A stretch of DNA of 64,000 bases from Octopus bimaculoides (lineage: Eukaryota): positions 7,606,219 to 7,670,218 of the forward strand of contig NC_068986.1 of NCBI RefSeq assembly GCF_001194135.2, given 5' to 3'. The position numbers and the translations under genes were made by a program. Shown here in pieces: positions 12,901 to 25,724 of the stretch (the stretch's first letter is position 1; the number at the start of each line of letters is the position of its first letter). The notes below the pieces were generated by a model. The model saw only the letters and a program-made list of their open reading frames with translations. It was not told the origin of the DNA and ran no database searches.

Positions 12901-14469
12901 ATGTAATCTGAATCGCTATAGATATATTCTTTAGCCACATTTTTACTTTCGTCAGAATGAGATCTGCAACAATGATGATTGTGCGATTCTGAACCGGGTA
13001 AGAGGGTGGTGAGTGAATTTTAGGTACAGCTTTTAGGTTGTCAATCTACCATGTAGATTCTCTCACGTTCTCGTTATTCGTGACTACAGGTATTTTCACG
13101 ATGCCTGTCATTGTTTGAGATGAGAGAAAAAATGTCTCCGCAACACGTTTTTACAATCATAACTACTTGAAGACATAAGGACATACTTCAAAATAAATGT
13201 ATTATATATTTCCTCATACGAAAATGACAAAAACATTATGCAATGACAACGAGATGAAGAAAAGACGATACAGAACATTAACTTTTTCTGTTGCATCCTC
13301 AAGGCCATTAAAAGTGTTCTAGAATTGATATAGGTAATGAATACAAATGATACAAGAAGCAGCTATACTCCGATATAATGTAGGCCAAGCAAGAGAAAAG
13401 TTGATAAGAAGCAAAAATTATTCGATCATACGAACACTCACAGAGCAAAGCAATCCATTGCGTAACGTTGAAATCAAGGCAGTAACGAGAGAGTTCTGCT
13501 ATATATTTATTAGTTGTGTAAATCAGTGCTGATAATGATATTGATTAAAACTGAAAATAGAATTAATATTGAATTTAATATTAAAATTTCCGAATAATTT
13601 ATGAATACCGATCTTAGTATAGTGACTATACAACCAGCATCGTAAAAGCCTGCAATGTCATATTCATTTGAATAGAAATCTCGTTAATGCCGATGCTTAG
13701 AAATCAGTTACAACTTTTAGAAACTGATCAATTTGTTGACGATACATAACTAGTAAACAAATTTACGAACATTTATAGTAATTCTTTTGAAAAGCAGTTT
13801 CGTAGAGAACACTAAGTGACCAAAGAAGATAAAAGGGAGCTATAAGCAGTGAAATATTATTTCAATACTCAGTGACGGAACTGAATTATTCTATGTCCAA
13901 TACACATGCACACCAATAACTTTAGAAAATGCAGGGTTAAATACAAAATATCAGCAACGTAGAAGAGACTAGTAAAATGTGAAAAACATATATCATAGAA
14001 ATTTGCGTAGCGATGCAAGTAAAATAACCTTTCCAAGCAAATACAAAAGACAAAAAAAGAAGAAAAATTAACAAAATTTATTCGTAAGTACAGCATAAAG
14101 AACGAATAAACATGACTGCAAATATTTGAGAACTTAAAATAAAAAATATATATTTTCTCCCACTTAGTTAAATAGGTATTACATTAAATATAACGCTTCT
14201 TTCATAATCGAGCTTTCGAAAATAAATCACAACATTTCTGCACGAAAACACACAGAAACCACTAGAAAAATAAACAACGCTAGAAATATTTTGGAAGCGT
14301 GTGTTCTAAGACGAGGCTAAATATGCGAAAAGTAAGAGCGCGTTAGAGAAATACGTAGCAGCAATAGAAATGAAAACCTCATTTCCTCAATATATTGCTG
14401 CATTTTTTATATGAAGCTTCTATAAATATGTTACTGACAATATTCAAAAGTGTTGGCTGTTTGCGTTCA

Positions 14470-15060
14470 CCGAAGTACATTGCTAGACTAGGTTTATCTT
14501 AGCAAAAGGGACAGGTGTGACGATACAGGTGTTTTCGTTTATTGTACTAGGTAGTTGGTTGAGTATATTCAAATCGTCTCGTAGAAGGTGCTTTATATGT
14601 TGAAGGAGGAGCTTTTGTAGAATGTCTAGAATATTACTTGAGTGATGTGTTTCGCACGACGGGTCTGCTAAGATGGATTTCATTTTTAGAACCAATGGTG
14701 GTGGGATATTCACACAACTGGCTTTCGTCCTTTCAAATTTCCCATTGGTTAGTTTCTTGTATTTTACGTATTCCATAGAAACTGCTTGTTTTATATTTGA
14801 AGTTTTAAAGTTGATCTGGTTCTTTGTCAGTAAAAAAGTTAGTTTTCATTTGAGTGTAATAGGACGGTAATTAGTTTCCTAATTTTTGATTTATTTCTAG
14901 TAAATATTATCTTGTAGGATCTCCAGTAGAAATTTCTTTTAATAATCTGCATCAAAATATCAAGTGAACCTCCTTTGTCAGCTTTCTTAATAATAATATT
15001 TCTGTCAAATTATAAATCTGTTGTCTAAATTGATTTTATTTGCTGTTTCCCATATCTTTA
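14470..15060 (-). mobile_element. Penelope-like element reverse transcriptase fragment
   Basis: NIIIKKADKGG, FYGIRKI (FYGLPKIHK-like) and ILADPSCETHHSSNILDIL...RDDLNILNQLP...TCIVT: N-terminal PLE RT motifs, frameshifted. Confidence 0.8.
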
Positions 15061-15179
15061 TAGGTAAGTTTCTAGGCACCAGGTGTACCTGTCTATTAGT
15101 TATAGAATTGAGAGAATTACTTAATTAAGTAGTTTCCCTTTAATCATAGAAAGAGTAACGGAAAGAGTAACAGTAATAA

Positions 15180-16141
15180 TAAAGATTATCAGCAGAAATA
15201 TAAAACAAACACAAACATAATAACATCTAATAGTAAAAACATAGATATCTTTTTTCATGGGAAATGTGATTGCACTAGGAGAACGCAATTCAAATTTGAA
15301 AATAAGTGTGAGAAATACCGACTATAGATGTGAAGTCACAACAAATAAAAATAAATATTACTGTATAGGGCCTAGCTCATGCTTTATGAAACAAAAAATA
15401 GCAAATCATAAAAGTTCGTTTAGAAATAATACTACAAAATTTTCAGCAAGTGTTAGTAAACTTAGATGGCCACTTAAGGATGGAAATATTAAATGTTCAT
15501 TAAAATGGGAAATTATTAGTATTGCGAAACCTTATAAAATAGGGGACGGAAAATGCAATTTGTGCCTAGAGGAATTATGCCAAATATTTACTCCGAAAAA
15601 TAAATTAGTTAACACTAAACAGGAAAAACGTTTTAATTGCTTACACAAACATTTTCTTTTAAAATAAATTAAATAATAGAATGCTTTAACTTATATGATT
15701 TCAATAAACTTTTTTCCAGTAAACATAACTATAAAAACTATAATAATAAAGACGCATATCAAGAATACAAGAATAGAATTCAATTTATAAGATCTATATA
15801 ATATAAACTAAAAACATTTTAAAACAATAATTATAATAAGTTAGAAGAATTTAAAGTACAACTGAATATTTCTTTTCAATAACTACGTGTTTCTTACTGC
15901 TTAGTAATTACTCGCTATTACTATTAATAACCTTCACAAATTTCAAATGATATAATCAACTCTGAAATACATCAAAATACCTTGCGATTATAAAGTATTT
16001 AGAATCAATCAAAAAAGTATTCTATAAGTAACCACGCTCCACCTACCCAAGAACATTTGTTAACTTCAACAAATACTGCTGCTACTGAATTTTATCCAAA
16101 CAAACAGTTGAGGAAAACATCTCGCAGAGAATGTCATAGTT

Positions 16142-16188
<47 letters not shown>

Positions 16189-16290
16189 TAACAAAGCCTA
16201 ATTTAAACTAATAGCGAATGAATATACAACAATATGCAGTCGGTGCGATCGAAACACGTGTCGGACTATTACTTTGAATAAACTGTCTGG
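15180..16290 (+). mobile_element. Penelope-like GIY-YIG endonuclease fragment and 3' region
   Basis: ORF 15257..15667: YRCEVTT..YYCIG...FMKQKIANHKSSF...LKWEIISIAKPYKIGDGKCNLCLEE...VNTKQE..NCLH, the PLE GIY-YIG C-terminal pattern; 3' extent inferred from the hammerhead-like remnant at 16251. Confidence 0.8.
16141..16187. repeat. (TAC)n microsatellite
   Basis: Direct reading. Confidence 0.9.
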
Positions 16291-17056
16291 AAATAAATAT
16301 AAAATCTGAATTTTCAAAATTTTCATTCTCGTCACTCCCCTATAAATATATATATNNNNNNNNNNNNNNNNNNNNNNNNNNNNNNNNNNNNNNNNNNNNN
16401 NNNNNNNNNNNNNNNNNNNNNNNNNNNNNNNNNNNNNNNNNNNNNNNNNNNNNNNNNNNNNNNNNNNNNNNNNNNNNNNNNNNNNNNNNNNNNNNNNCTA
16501 CTCTGTGTGTGTGTGCGCTGTACATACGTGTTTGTACCGAAAAGCAAGACAAGTTTTCCACCGCATATTTGCAATTGATCTAGAATCAAAATTAATTTTT
16601 TCTCCGTTCCATTTTTCGAAGGTAAACTAATTTATTGGTGTTTTTATATTTTTAATCCTTCCAGTGTGGTAAAAATTAATTATGGAGTAAATATTTATGT
16701 TTACAATGGATTGTATACATCACTGGAGTAAATTCACCTCGAGTGTAGACAACATGATAATTTGCCACCGCCACCGTCGCCACCACCACCACCACCACCA
16801 CCACCACCACCATCACACACACTACTACTAAAACAACAACAACAAAACCACCACAATCATTTTCATCATCATTGTATTGGAAACCATTATAGATATCTGA
16901 CTTAATATCTTCGACTGAAAGAGATATGTGTCACACTTTCCCATTGTTCCTTAATAGAGGATTCCAGGCTTACTACATACATACATATACTTCTATATAT
17001 ACTACCATACATTAATATACATGAACATAAACACACACAAGCATAACATACACACA

Positions 17057-17156
17057 CGTACATACATACATACATACATACATACATACATACATACATA
17101 CATACGTATGTATGTATGTATGTATGTATGTAATATATATATATATATATATATAT
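17057..17156. repeat. Compound (CATA)n/(TATG)n/(TA)n microsatellite containing a perfect palindrome
   Basis: Direct reading; inversion centre catac|gtatg at 17105/17106. Confidence 0.9.
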
Positions 17157-18358
17157 CGCAATATTCCACGTCGTGATTTCGTTAAAAATATTGCAAATAT
17201 TTAAAATTTTGTGTCATTGAAGTGGTTATAAATTACCTCAGATACAGTTACTTGATTCCCTGCCAAGTAAAGAACAATCGTGTTAATATTAATATCTGAA
17301 GATGTGTATTGCGTACCCTATTGGGGTGTATTTTGACAAACATAAACCACGGTGAGTTCATTCTTGCAGAGAAGGAATTGACATTTTGGTTTGCCTTAAT
17401 TTGCTTGTATCCTTAATTTAACATCAGTGAGAGGCAACCGTTACAAGCTCTAGCAATAGAAAATTGAACATTATAAGAGAAAGATATCAAATATAAATTC
17501 ATTCCAGTTATAATTTCACAACTTATGGATTTAACTGGCCGTTATTCTTGTAGTAGTAGTGGTAGTAGTAGCAGCAGCAGCAGCAGGAGCAACAGCAACT
17601 GTACTAGTAATAGTATTAGTAAGAGGAGGAGGAGGAGATGGAGTTAGAAAGCAGAAGGAAACAGTTGTTATTGTTGTAGATGCAGCTGTGATTGCTTAGC
17701 TCTAGGTCAAACGTCATTGAGCATAGGAAGAATCAAAGGAAATCCATCTTTTTCCTGTGGTGGGTTCTCGGACAATATCATTATGAAATATCTTCATATC
17801 AGGACTTATGACCGGAAATGAGATATCAGAGCAAGCAAACGATATCAGTATGTATATATATATGAGGACACAACCAAGACTCAAGTCCAGAAATACATCG
17901 GGTCAACCGGAACTGCCTTCAAGAGAAGCCTCTATAACCACAGTTTCTCTTTCAGGATTCCAGAAAGATGATTCGTAACGTCACTGCCAAGCAGCCTGTG
18001 ACCCCTTAAAGATGAAGGGACCCCATACGATATCAAATAGAGGATGATAGAGCGGCCGGGATCCTATATCAACGGAAGCGGAAGCTGCAAGCTTTGTATA
18101 GATGAGCGAGCAAGGATCCTCAAAGACTCCCTGGAACCAGGATTATTAAGTACCCGACATAAGATTTATTGTTCCTGCATCATTTCAAACTCCACCTGCT
18201 GCAAGCATGGTGTTCCCCATTCAACGATTAAATCCGAAAAAGTCCTTACGAGCTAGAAGTAACCTAAGGGCGGAGTTCTCCGTTCGCCATTTTAGCCCTA
18301 TGGACTGACAACTGAACCGGTCTAATGGGTATTAACCCGGCCTCGACGGCCCAGGTTG

Positions 18359-18422
18359 TTTATTCTTTATTCTTTAATTCTTTTATCAGTTTCAGCTTAA
18401 AGCTGCGGCCATACTGGGGCAC
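18359..18422 (-). mobile_element. 3' fragment of SINE family B inserted in the PLE 3' region
   Basis: tattctttattc...gtttcagc...gctgcggccatactggggca resembles 28539-28600 and 63831-63880. Confidence 0.5.
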
Positions 18423-18485
18423 TAACTATCTGACCGTAACGGAATTCTACCTCCACAGTTTGAAAAGTTATTTGGCCCTCGCCAT

Positions 18486-18542
18486 TGGAGCCTGACGAGT
18501 CGTCCATAGCGCTTAATGGATGCGAAACCATTGGTCACTCTA
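18486..18542 (+). ncRNA. Type I hammerhead ribozyme (PLE-associated, minimal stem III)
   Basis: CTGACGA 18492-18498; stem II G18499-C18523 plus cgtccat/atggatg; GAAA 18524-18527; stem III ACC/GGT with 3-nt loop; GTC cleavage triplet 18534-18536; stem I tggag (18486-18490) pairs with ctcta (18538-18542), with an A-C mismatch at the first stem I position. Confidence 0.75.
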
Positions 18543-18583
18543 TAACCGCACATATACTTAACTGCATATAACTATATATATAC

Positions 18584-18618
<35 letters not shown>

Positions 18619-21302
18619 TGTGCATTTGTGTGCACGTGCGCATGTGTATCTGTGTGTGAATGCATGTATATGTAAATATGTGTGTGTATGTATATTTGTC
18701 AACGATGATGTTAATCTCACGCGCCGGAGAGAGTAAAAGTGTGTGTTATCGTTTTAGACGTTGTCCTTCATCAACAAAAAAAAAAGGGAAAAAGAAAAAA
18801 GGAAAAGAAAAGAGAGAGAGAGCGTAGTCTAAGGAATGTAGGAAAGTAAAAATCGAGTATAAAAAGGAGAAAAATAGGAAGGCTAAAAGTGACAGAAAGA
18901 AAGAGGAAGATTAAAATCTAGGTAAGTAAATGCCGCTTAAATAACCATTTAGTTTTACTGAATTACACAACTATTCGCTGACACGTTTTTCCACTTATTT
19001 GAATTTAGAACATTTTATTATTAATTTGGTTGGTTTTCTTGTGTGCTTTCATTATCATCCGCATGAAACTGTTTCAAATCGTTTTATATATTTCTTTCAC
19101 CAGTTCACTCTGATTGTCCTGTGAATGATGTTTCAAAACCAAGCGGTGCAATTTCTTTTTGTTGTTTACAGTCTACGTTAGGCTTCCCTTCTTACGTTTA
19201 TTCCGTTTAAAAGAATTCACGTGCTTCGTACTATTGTATTCTTGATGAAATCATTTTAGAATCATATATTATTTATAATTATGACGATTGGGTGTAAATT
19301 CTTCATTGACATGCATCGTTTCTTATTTGTTTTGAAATGGTAAGGTATTGAGAGAATATCAAGAACAGTTACAGTGTGAACTGCGAAGCTGATTTATAAG
19401 ATACATAAAAATGCTAGAGTATTAGACATTTCTAAAATTTCTGAAGCCATTTCGAGTTCTGTATCACTTTTAAGAAATTCATACATTTTAGCAGTTAACT
19501 AGTATTGCTAAATACTTCTTTATATTAAGAGTTGTTTGCATTTAGTAGAATTTCAAAAGATTCCTCATCGAGATATCCGTGTCACTTCCTGATAATTGTA
19601 CCTATATAGAAATCTGTCCTTTGATGCTTTTCTTACAATATGAATACGATTCTTAATTTCAAGTCTGACTCCATACTGACGTAAACCATATGCTTTTAGT
19701 AATTTTATTGTATTACTTCCTTTAATGCCGACATTTTACGGTTTCCGGCGAGGGTTGCTTTAGAATGATGTTGCTATTAACGATCCTTATTATATTTGAC
19801 AGCAAACTGTTTGATTCTTTCAGTTGCTGCTTTTGAATGTCTTCACTTTATTATATTTTCGCTTTCTTTCAACTGAAATATTGGTAATGACTCTTTTCAC
19901 TTTGAAATGACGAAATTTTCTTTACCGTCGTTTACAGGTATAATATTAATTACAGGTATAATATTAATTCACGCAACATCTTCAAGGAGATGTTTATGAA
20001 ATATTAATAAAATAAGTCAATTATTTATTTACTTCATATGCCTTCTCAGTTTGATCAATATTAAGATATCAATGTAATTATTAATATTACGAAATTTGAG
20101 AACTGCTTTTAGATAATGATCCTTTAAATTCCTTTAACCATCAACAAGGATTTCAACACGTAATGGCAAAAGGACATGTTATAAGTATTTTAGTGATGAT
20201 AAATTAAAAACATTGTTTACTTGTTAACTATATATTTGAAATTATATTGCCCTCCCCCCCACTCTCTCTCACACACACATGCACATACACACACACACAT
20301 GTACACATAATATGTGATCACTCACACATCTGTGTAAATATTAATATAGTATTTAAGAGGTGGACAAAGGAAGCAAGATGCGGATGGAGAAAAACCGATA
20401 TATTAAGAGAGACAGGGAATGGGAGAAGCGAAGGAGCAGAGAGAAAGACAACAGAAAAGAGAAGATAGACAAACGGGAGAAAATGTGACGATGGAAACTG
20501 AGAGACGGCGGAGGAAGGAAATTTAAGAGAAACGCATGGCAGACTTCAGTATTACGATATAATCTATACTATATATAAAACAGAGGTGTGTGTGTAATCG
20601 CTTTTCACGTGAAAACGGCTTCACTATTTACTTCCATACTTGTGATACATAAATAATTTGACCTCGGATAAATCTTAGGCTCTTCATTTGATTTTTTTTT
20701 ATCTCTAATTAAAAATAAATAATATTGCTTTATATTTAAGATTCACTTCTTTAAAAAGGTTTCTCAATGTCAACTTCCGGTACGGACGTGAAAAAACGGC
20801 GACGTCTCTCACTCTCTACTTTTAATGTTCGCTTTCTGTAAACAACTACGATCAATTACTGAAACACATATTTACGAAGTTCATAAATTTCNNNNNNNNN
20901 NNNNNNNNNNNNNNNNNNNNNNNNNNNNNNNNNNNNNNNNNNNNNNNNNNNNNNNNNNNNNNNNNNNNNNNNNNNNNNNNNNNNNNNNNNNNNNNNNNNN
21001 NNNNNNNNNNNNNNNNNNNNNNNNNNNNNNNNNNNNNNNNNNNNNNNNNNNNNNNNNNNNNNNNNNNNNNNNNNNNNNNNNNNNNNNNNNNNNNNNNNNN
21101 NNNNNNNNNNNNNNNNNNNNNNNNNNNNNNNNNNNNNNNNNNNNNNNNNNNNNNNNNNNNNNNNNNNNNNNNNNNNNNNNNNNNNNNNNNNNNNNNNNNN
21201 NNNNNNNNNNNNNNNNNNNNNNNNNNNNNNNNNNNNNNNNNNNNNNNNNNNNNNNNNNNNNNNNNNNNNNNNNNNNNNNNNNNNNNNNNNNNNNNNNNNN
21301 NN

Positions 21303-21334
<32 letters not shown>

Positions 21335-21714
21335 GAGATGTTTCAGTGACTCTCTCTCTCTCACACACATACGTACAAGAAATGTATGACTATTTATGTA
21401 TGTACGTATAATTGTCAACACACCCCTTCACTGGCTCTGTCTCTCTCTGTCTCTGTCTGTCTGTCTGTCTGTCTCTCTGTCTCTCTCTCTCTCTCACACA
21501 CACACAGCACACACCCGCATACACACGTGTGTCTTTGTAAATATGTTTGTATATATTTATGTATGTGCGTGTTTGTAAGAGACAGAGTGTGAGTGAGTCA
21601 AGGGGTGTGTTGCCATATCCATCCATCATTTTTGGATGTATGTGTGCGTGTGTATGTGTGTGAGACAGAGTGAGAGAGCGGTGTGTATGTAGTAGAGCGG
21701 AGATACCTATGCTT

Positions 21715-22140
21715 ACATCTCGAGATCCTTGAATACTAGAACAAGGTTGAGATAATCTTATTTAGTGTATATTAGTCGCTCATTGTGTTCCCTAGAGATT
21801 AAAAGAAATCAGTACTAAGCTTTAGAGCGACGTCCAGAAGATTGATAAGGTTATGTTTTGTGCCTATCGTCAATTTTTGGCCTAGGAACTTGAAGGCCTC
21901 CATAATGTTCTTCGAGAACCTATTTAACGTGTTTCTGTGAGCGTGACAGAGCCTCGTATCTGCATTGGTCAAAATTTGTGGTCAGGAATCTTTACGCTTA
22001 AGAAGAGTAGCTCAATGAGATGATTGATATCTATACAGTCAAATGATTCCATATTCATATCGAACGTACCCTCGGTTAACCTTTTAACCAATGTGAGTCC
22101 TTTGATAAAGCCGTCTTATTAATGGTTGTGTCAAATTTGA
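21715..22140 (-). mobile_element. Penelope-like RT C-terminal fragment
   Basis: GTFDMNMESFDCIDINHLIELLFL (FDVTMGSxDGAExCELVGLxxL-like) and FLGQKLTIGTKHNLINLLDVALKLST (GLKITI...NFLDVTL-like); stops present. Confidence 0.65.
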
Positions 22141-22801
22141 TTATTTGTAATGTTGGCAACTAATTACACGAAATTTTGAACAGGCCACGAATAGATATTC
22201 ATACAATACACACACACACATACACACAGGCACACACATATACACACAGAGAAGAACATACATATATACATACATACATACATACATGCACACATACACA
22301 TATATACATACCTCTCCAATCACCGGTATGGTTTCCTCTCACCCTTTGTACTTCTGTACATCTGTTTTTGTACTTAGGTTCAGTATATAATGATCCAAGT
22401 CACAAGCCACAAGGAGTATCTGACGCCAAAACAGAATCTATTTTATTCAACTCATGGCTGTTGTTTAAACTTGGTACACTAAGGCTACTAAGTTTCACTT
22501 CTTTATTCTAAATAGTCTGACAATGTTCGTATCACTAGGCACACACAGATATTCACATACACAAATATACCAATACATCGTGCATTCATGCTTAAAGGCA
22601 CTCAAGCACGCACGCACATACACGTACTTAGATGTATTCATATATAGTTACATATTTAAATACATATTTGTTGACATTATGAAAATATAGAAGCTTCGAG
22701 AAAATGTAAAATAAACCATTTTAACAGTGAATCTCGAAGTCGAGAATAAATAATATCATGTGATAAATAGTTTTGAAAATACCTTGGATCGAAAAGTTCA
22801 A

Positions 22802-22872
22802 GTCTAACTGTGGATTCGAATCCGTATCTTCCATATCAAAGATAGACGTGTTCACCATTACAGTAAAGCGAC
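22802..22872 (-). pseudogene. tRNA-Gln(TTG)-like pseudogene or isolated tRNA-derived SINE head
   Basis: 71 nt: gtcgctttactgtaatggtgaacacgtctatCTTTGATatggaagatacggattcgaatccacagttagac. A-box- and B-box-like motifs and a paired anticodon stem (tctat/atgga) with TTG; acceptor, D and T stems are mismatched. Confidence 0.6.
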
Positions 22873-24753
22873 TGTCTTAGAAACTAGAAATCACTGACAA
22901 GAATGATTTCGTCCATGATCCTCCGACCTGTCTTGAGCTTAAAAAAATTCGTTGACCCCTATTCATTTTTGATCAAGCGCCGCGCTGTCCATTACTGCAA
23001 GTCTGTATTGGTCAGTTTGAGGATCTCTAATTTCGAGAAAACCTGACATTTACTGCTTTGGCAGAGAAGTTGAATATGAGGCAGATCTAATCTTTACTAG
23101 TGAAGGAAGAAAAACAACCAGGGTTATGAAAGAAATTGAAGTAAATATTCATAAACATGCTTCGTGATGCTTGGGGATTGTATAGCACTGAAAATGGGTC
23201 CTATCTGTTATAACGATTCCATCATTAAGGTCTCAAAGAGTATCATGACAAATATATTATGGCAATTAGAAACCTCAAGTCAAGATTTTCTCTCTTGACA
23301 AATCGTTGGTCTTTCCGGAACATTTATCGAAGACAGTAGGAGATTTTTATTTTCTCCGAAGAATTCAAACAATTAAAGTTAAGAATTTAATTCTTCGTAC
23401 ATATCTATGGTTTTAAATAAATCTCATTTATTTATATATTCATATATTCAATATGTGTTCATTATGTTCTAGTGTGTGACTCAACATTGTTTCTATGCAA
23501 TCTCACATCGTTATCGGAAACATCATCATAATCTTTCGAGTATATTTCACTTTTCATCCCTTTCCTATTTGATTTATCAACGTAGCATGGAGCTTCTGGA
23601 TGTTCTCACATTTATTTGTATTTGATACATGGATTTACTGGAGTATTTTCATAAATTTTCAGTATTGAAATGAAAATATTGCTTTACTTTTTATTGTTTA
23701 TATTTACTTATCATAAATATATCCTTTGCTTTTAGCAACATTCTATTACAATTAACATACAAGATTCTTTTGAACCAGCAAATATTTATCGGATTTAATC
23801 TATTCACAAAGTCACTGGCGATGGATGTCGTGTCTTGTTATTTATATGATGTGTGTGTTTTCCCATTAAGAGCAAAAATAGTCAGGTAGAATTAATGTGG
23901 TGGCCTTCCCCTCATTTTCCTCCCCTTCTACCTTCCCTTCACTTACTCGTACCAACATCCCGCTCTCATTTATAATCTAGATTTGCTTGAAGAAAATAAT
24001 ATCAGAACTTTCTTAACGTAATGACTATGAATAATCAACTTGAGAGAATATTTTGGTTGTTCGTATCTCCATCCTAAATCTTCTTTGAGTTGCTTGGTCT
24101 GCCAAAAAGAAACGAACAAAAATATAACATATCTATCAAATCCGGTAACAATCAAAGTTACAGTTCAGAAGACTAACGTGGCTTTACGATGTGATACATA
24201 AATAGATTTTATTATCTCTGTATAGATGTGTCAAGACAAAACTGAAATATATATTTTATCTACTTTATCACATCGTATCTGGATATTTTACTCGTTTGCT
24301 CAGTTTCCTATCAGGCGCACGCAGACACACTCATTGGTATGTTTTATAGATGCGTTTATGTCTGTTTGTCTGAAAGTGTTCGCATCAGAAAATTATCGAG
24401 GTATGCGATTGGGCGATGAGAAAGTAGATAAAATATGTAATTCAATGAGGTACATACAAAGATACACATATACACACGCATGCGCGCGCACACTCTCACA
24501 CACACAAATATACACACACAAAAACACACATACACATGCACACATACATCTTCCAAGAAAACATTTGAAATGTGTTTGAATGCAGGTTACTTGCAGCAAT
24601 GTACGACGAAGAAATGACTGAGTTGATGGCCAATACTTCGCAAATGAATCTTGGTAATTCCACATAAATGTAAAGTCTGTAACACAAGCTTTATATTCTT
24701 TCTTATGGAGAGATATGGTCTAATAAATCTTAACCTGTACCATACACGAACTA

Positions 24754-25560
24754 CAAGGTGTTCATGCTAAATTTGACAATTTTTCTCCTATTTTCAGAAA
24801 CAGCTTAATGTATTGGTTAACAGTCAACGGTGTTAGAGAGCATAGAGACTAAACTTGTTCTTGAGAAAAGTTAGCTGATTGGAAGCCATCTAGATATTGG
24901 AAAAAAATTTATTTATATCATGACGATTCGCACGGGGTGTCAAAGTAGCGACATCATAACTGCTGCTCAATGCTTTGTGGTCACTGCAATATGGACAGAT
25001 GCAACGAGGGCTACGAAGCTGTGGTAAGCAGGAAGGGACACAACAGCTATTCTGAGTGCGTTCTGACAGTGGAATTCACCACCACATCACTGAACATCGC
25101 CTTAGACTCACTCTAGACGGATATGACAAGGTGCTGGAGGCAACGGTCCAACCCTGGTCGGAGAGTCTTGCTGTGGAAGGCCATATGTGTGACAACAGTA
25201 TTCATCCGGAAAATATCAGAAGTAGTTGTCGGAGAATTTCTACGACTTTACCTGCCCAAAGTTCTGGCCCCCTAATTCTTCTGATTGTAAACTCATGGAT
25301 TAGTATGTGTGTGGAGGCCGAGCTTGTGGTCAAGATCAAGGAAGTGTTCAAAGATATTTCTAAGGACACAGTGAGGGAACGCATACGCCAAGTTCCGGAG
25401 CCGTTTTGAGGCCGAGTAGAATTTCAGGGTGGCTACTTAGAGAAAACTGTTATCTCCTAGCCCTATCCAAGTCAATATTTCTTAAAATACTTTTATTTTT
25501 GGATGAGATATTGTTTTCTTTTCCTTTATGCACGCTACTAAATTTATCCGGAACATCCTG
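24754..25560 (+). mobile_element. Internally deleted maT/Tc1-like DNA transposon
   Basis: Imperfect TIRs (ca)aggtgttcatgctaaattt and, in reverse, (ca)ggatgttccggataaattt with TA on both flanks; remnant YDKVLEATVQPW, a WPPNSPD-like segment and AELVVKIKEVFKDISKDTV. Confidence 0.75.
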
Positions 25561-25724
25561 TATTCTCAGTGAAAAGCAACGATGAACGCTAGTTATTGTT
25601 GCTTCTTTTGTATAAATAGCCATCGTACAATTACTCTCTCTCTATATATATATAGACAGATACCCTCTCCACACTCACATTGTATCTATGAAAGAATTCA
25701 CAGCCTTGGTTCGAGGTTTAAAAC

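Larger units (their letters stand above)
17862..18545 (+). mobile_element. Penelope-like GIY-YIG endonuclease remnant plus pLTR-like 3' region
   Basis: KYIGSTGTAFKRSLYNHSFSF...PYDIK*RMIERPGSYINGSGSCKLCIDERARIL...LLSTRHKIYCSC; same pattern as 15257..15667; followed by a hammerhead motif. Confidence 0.8.
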
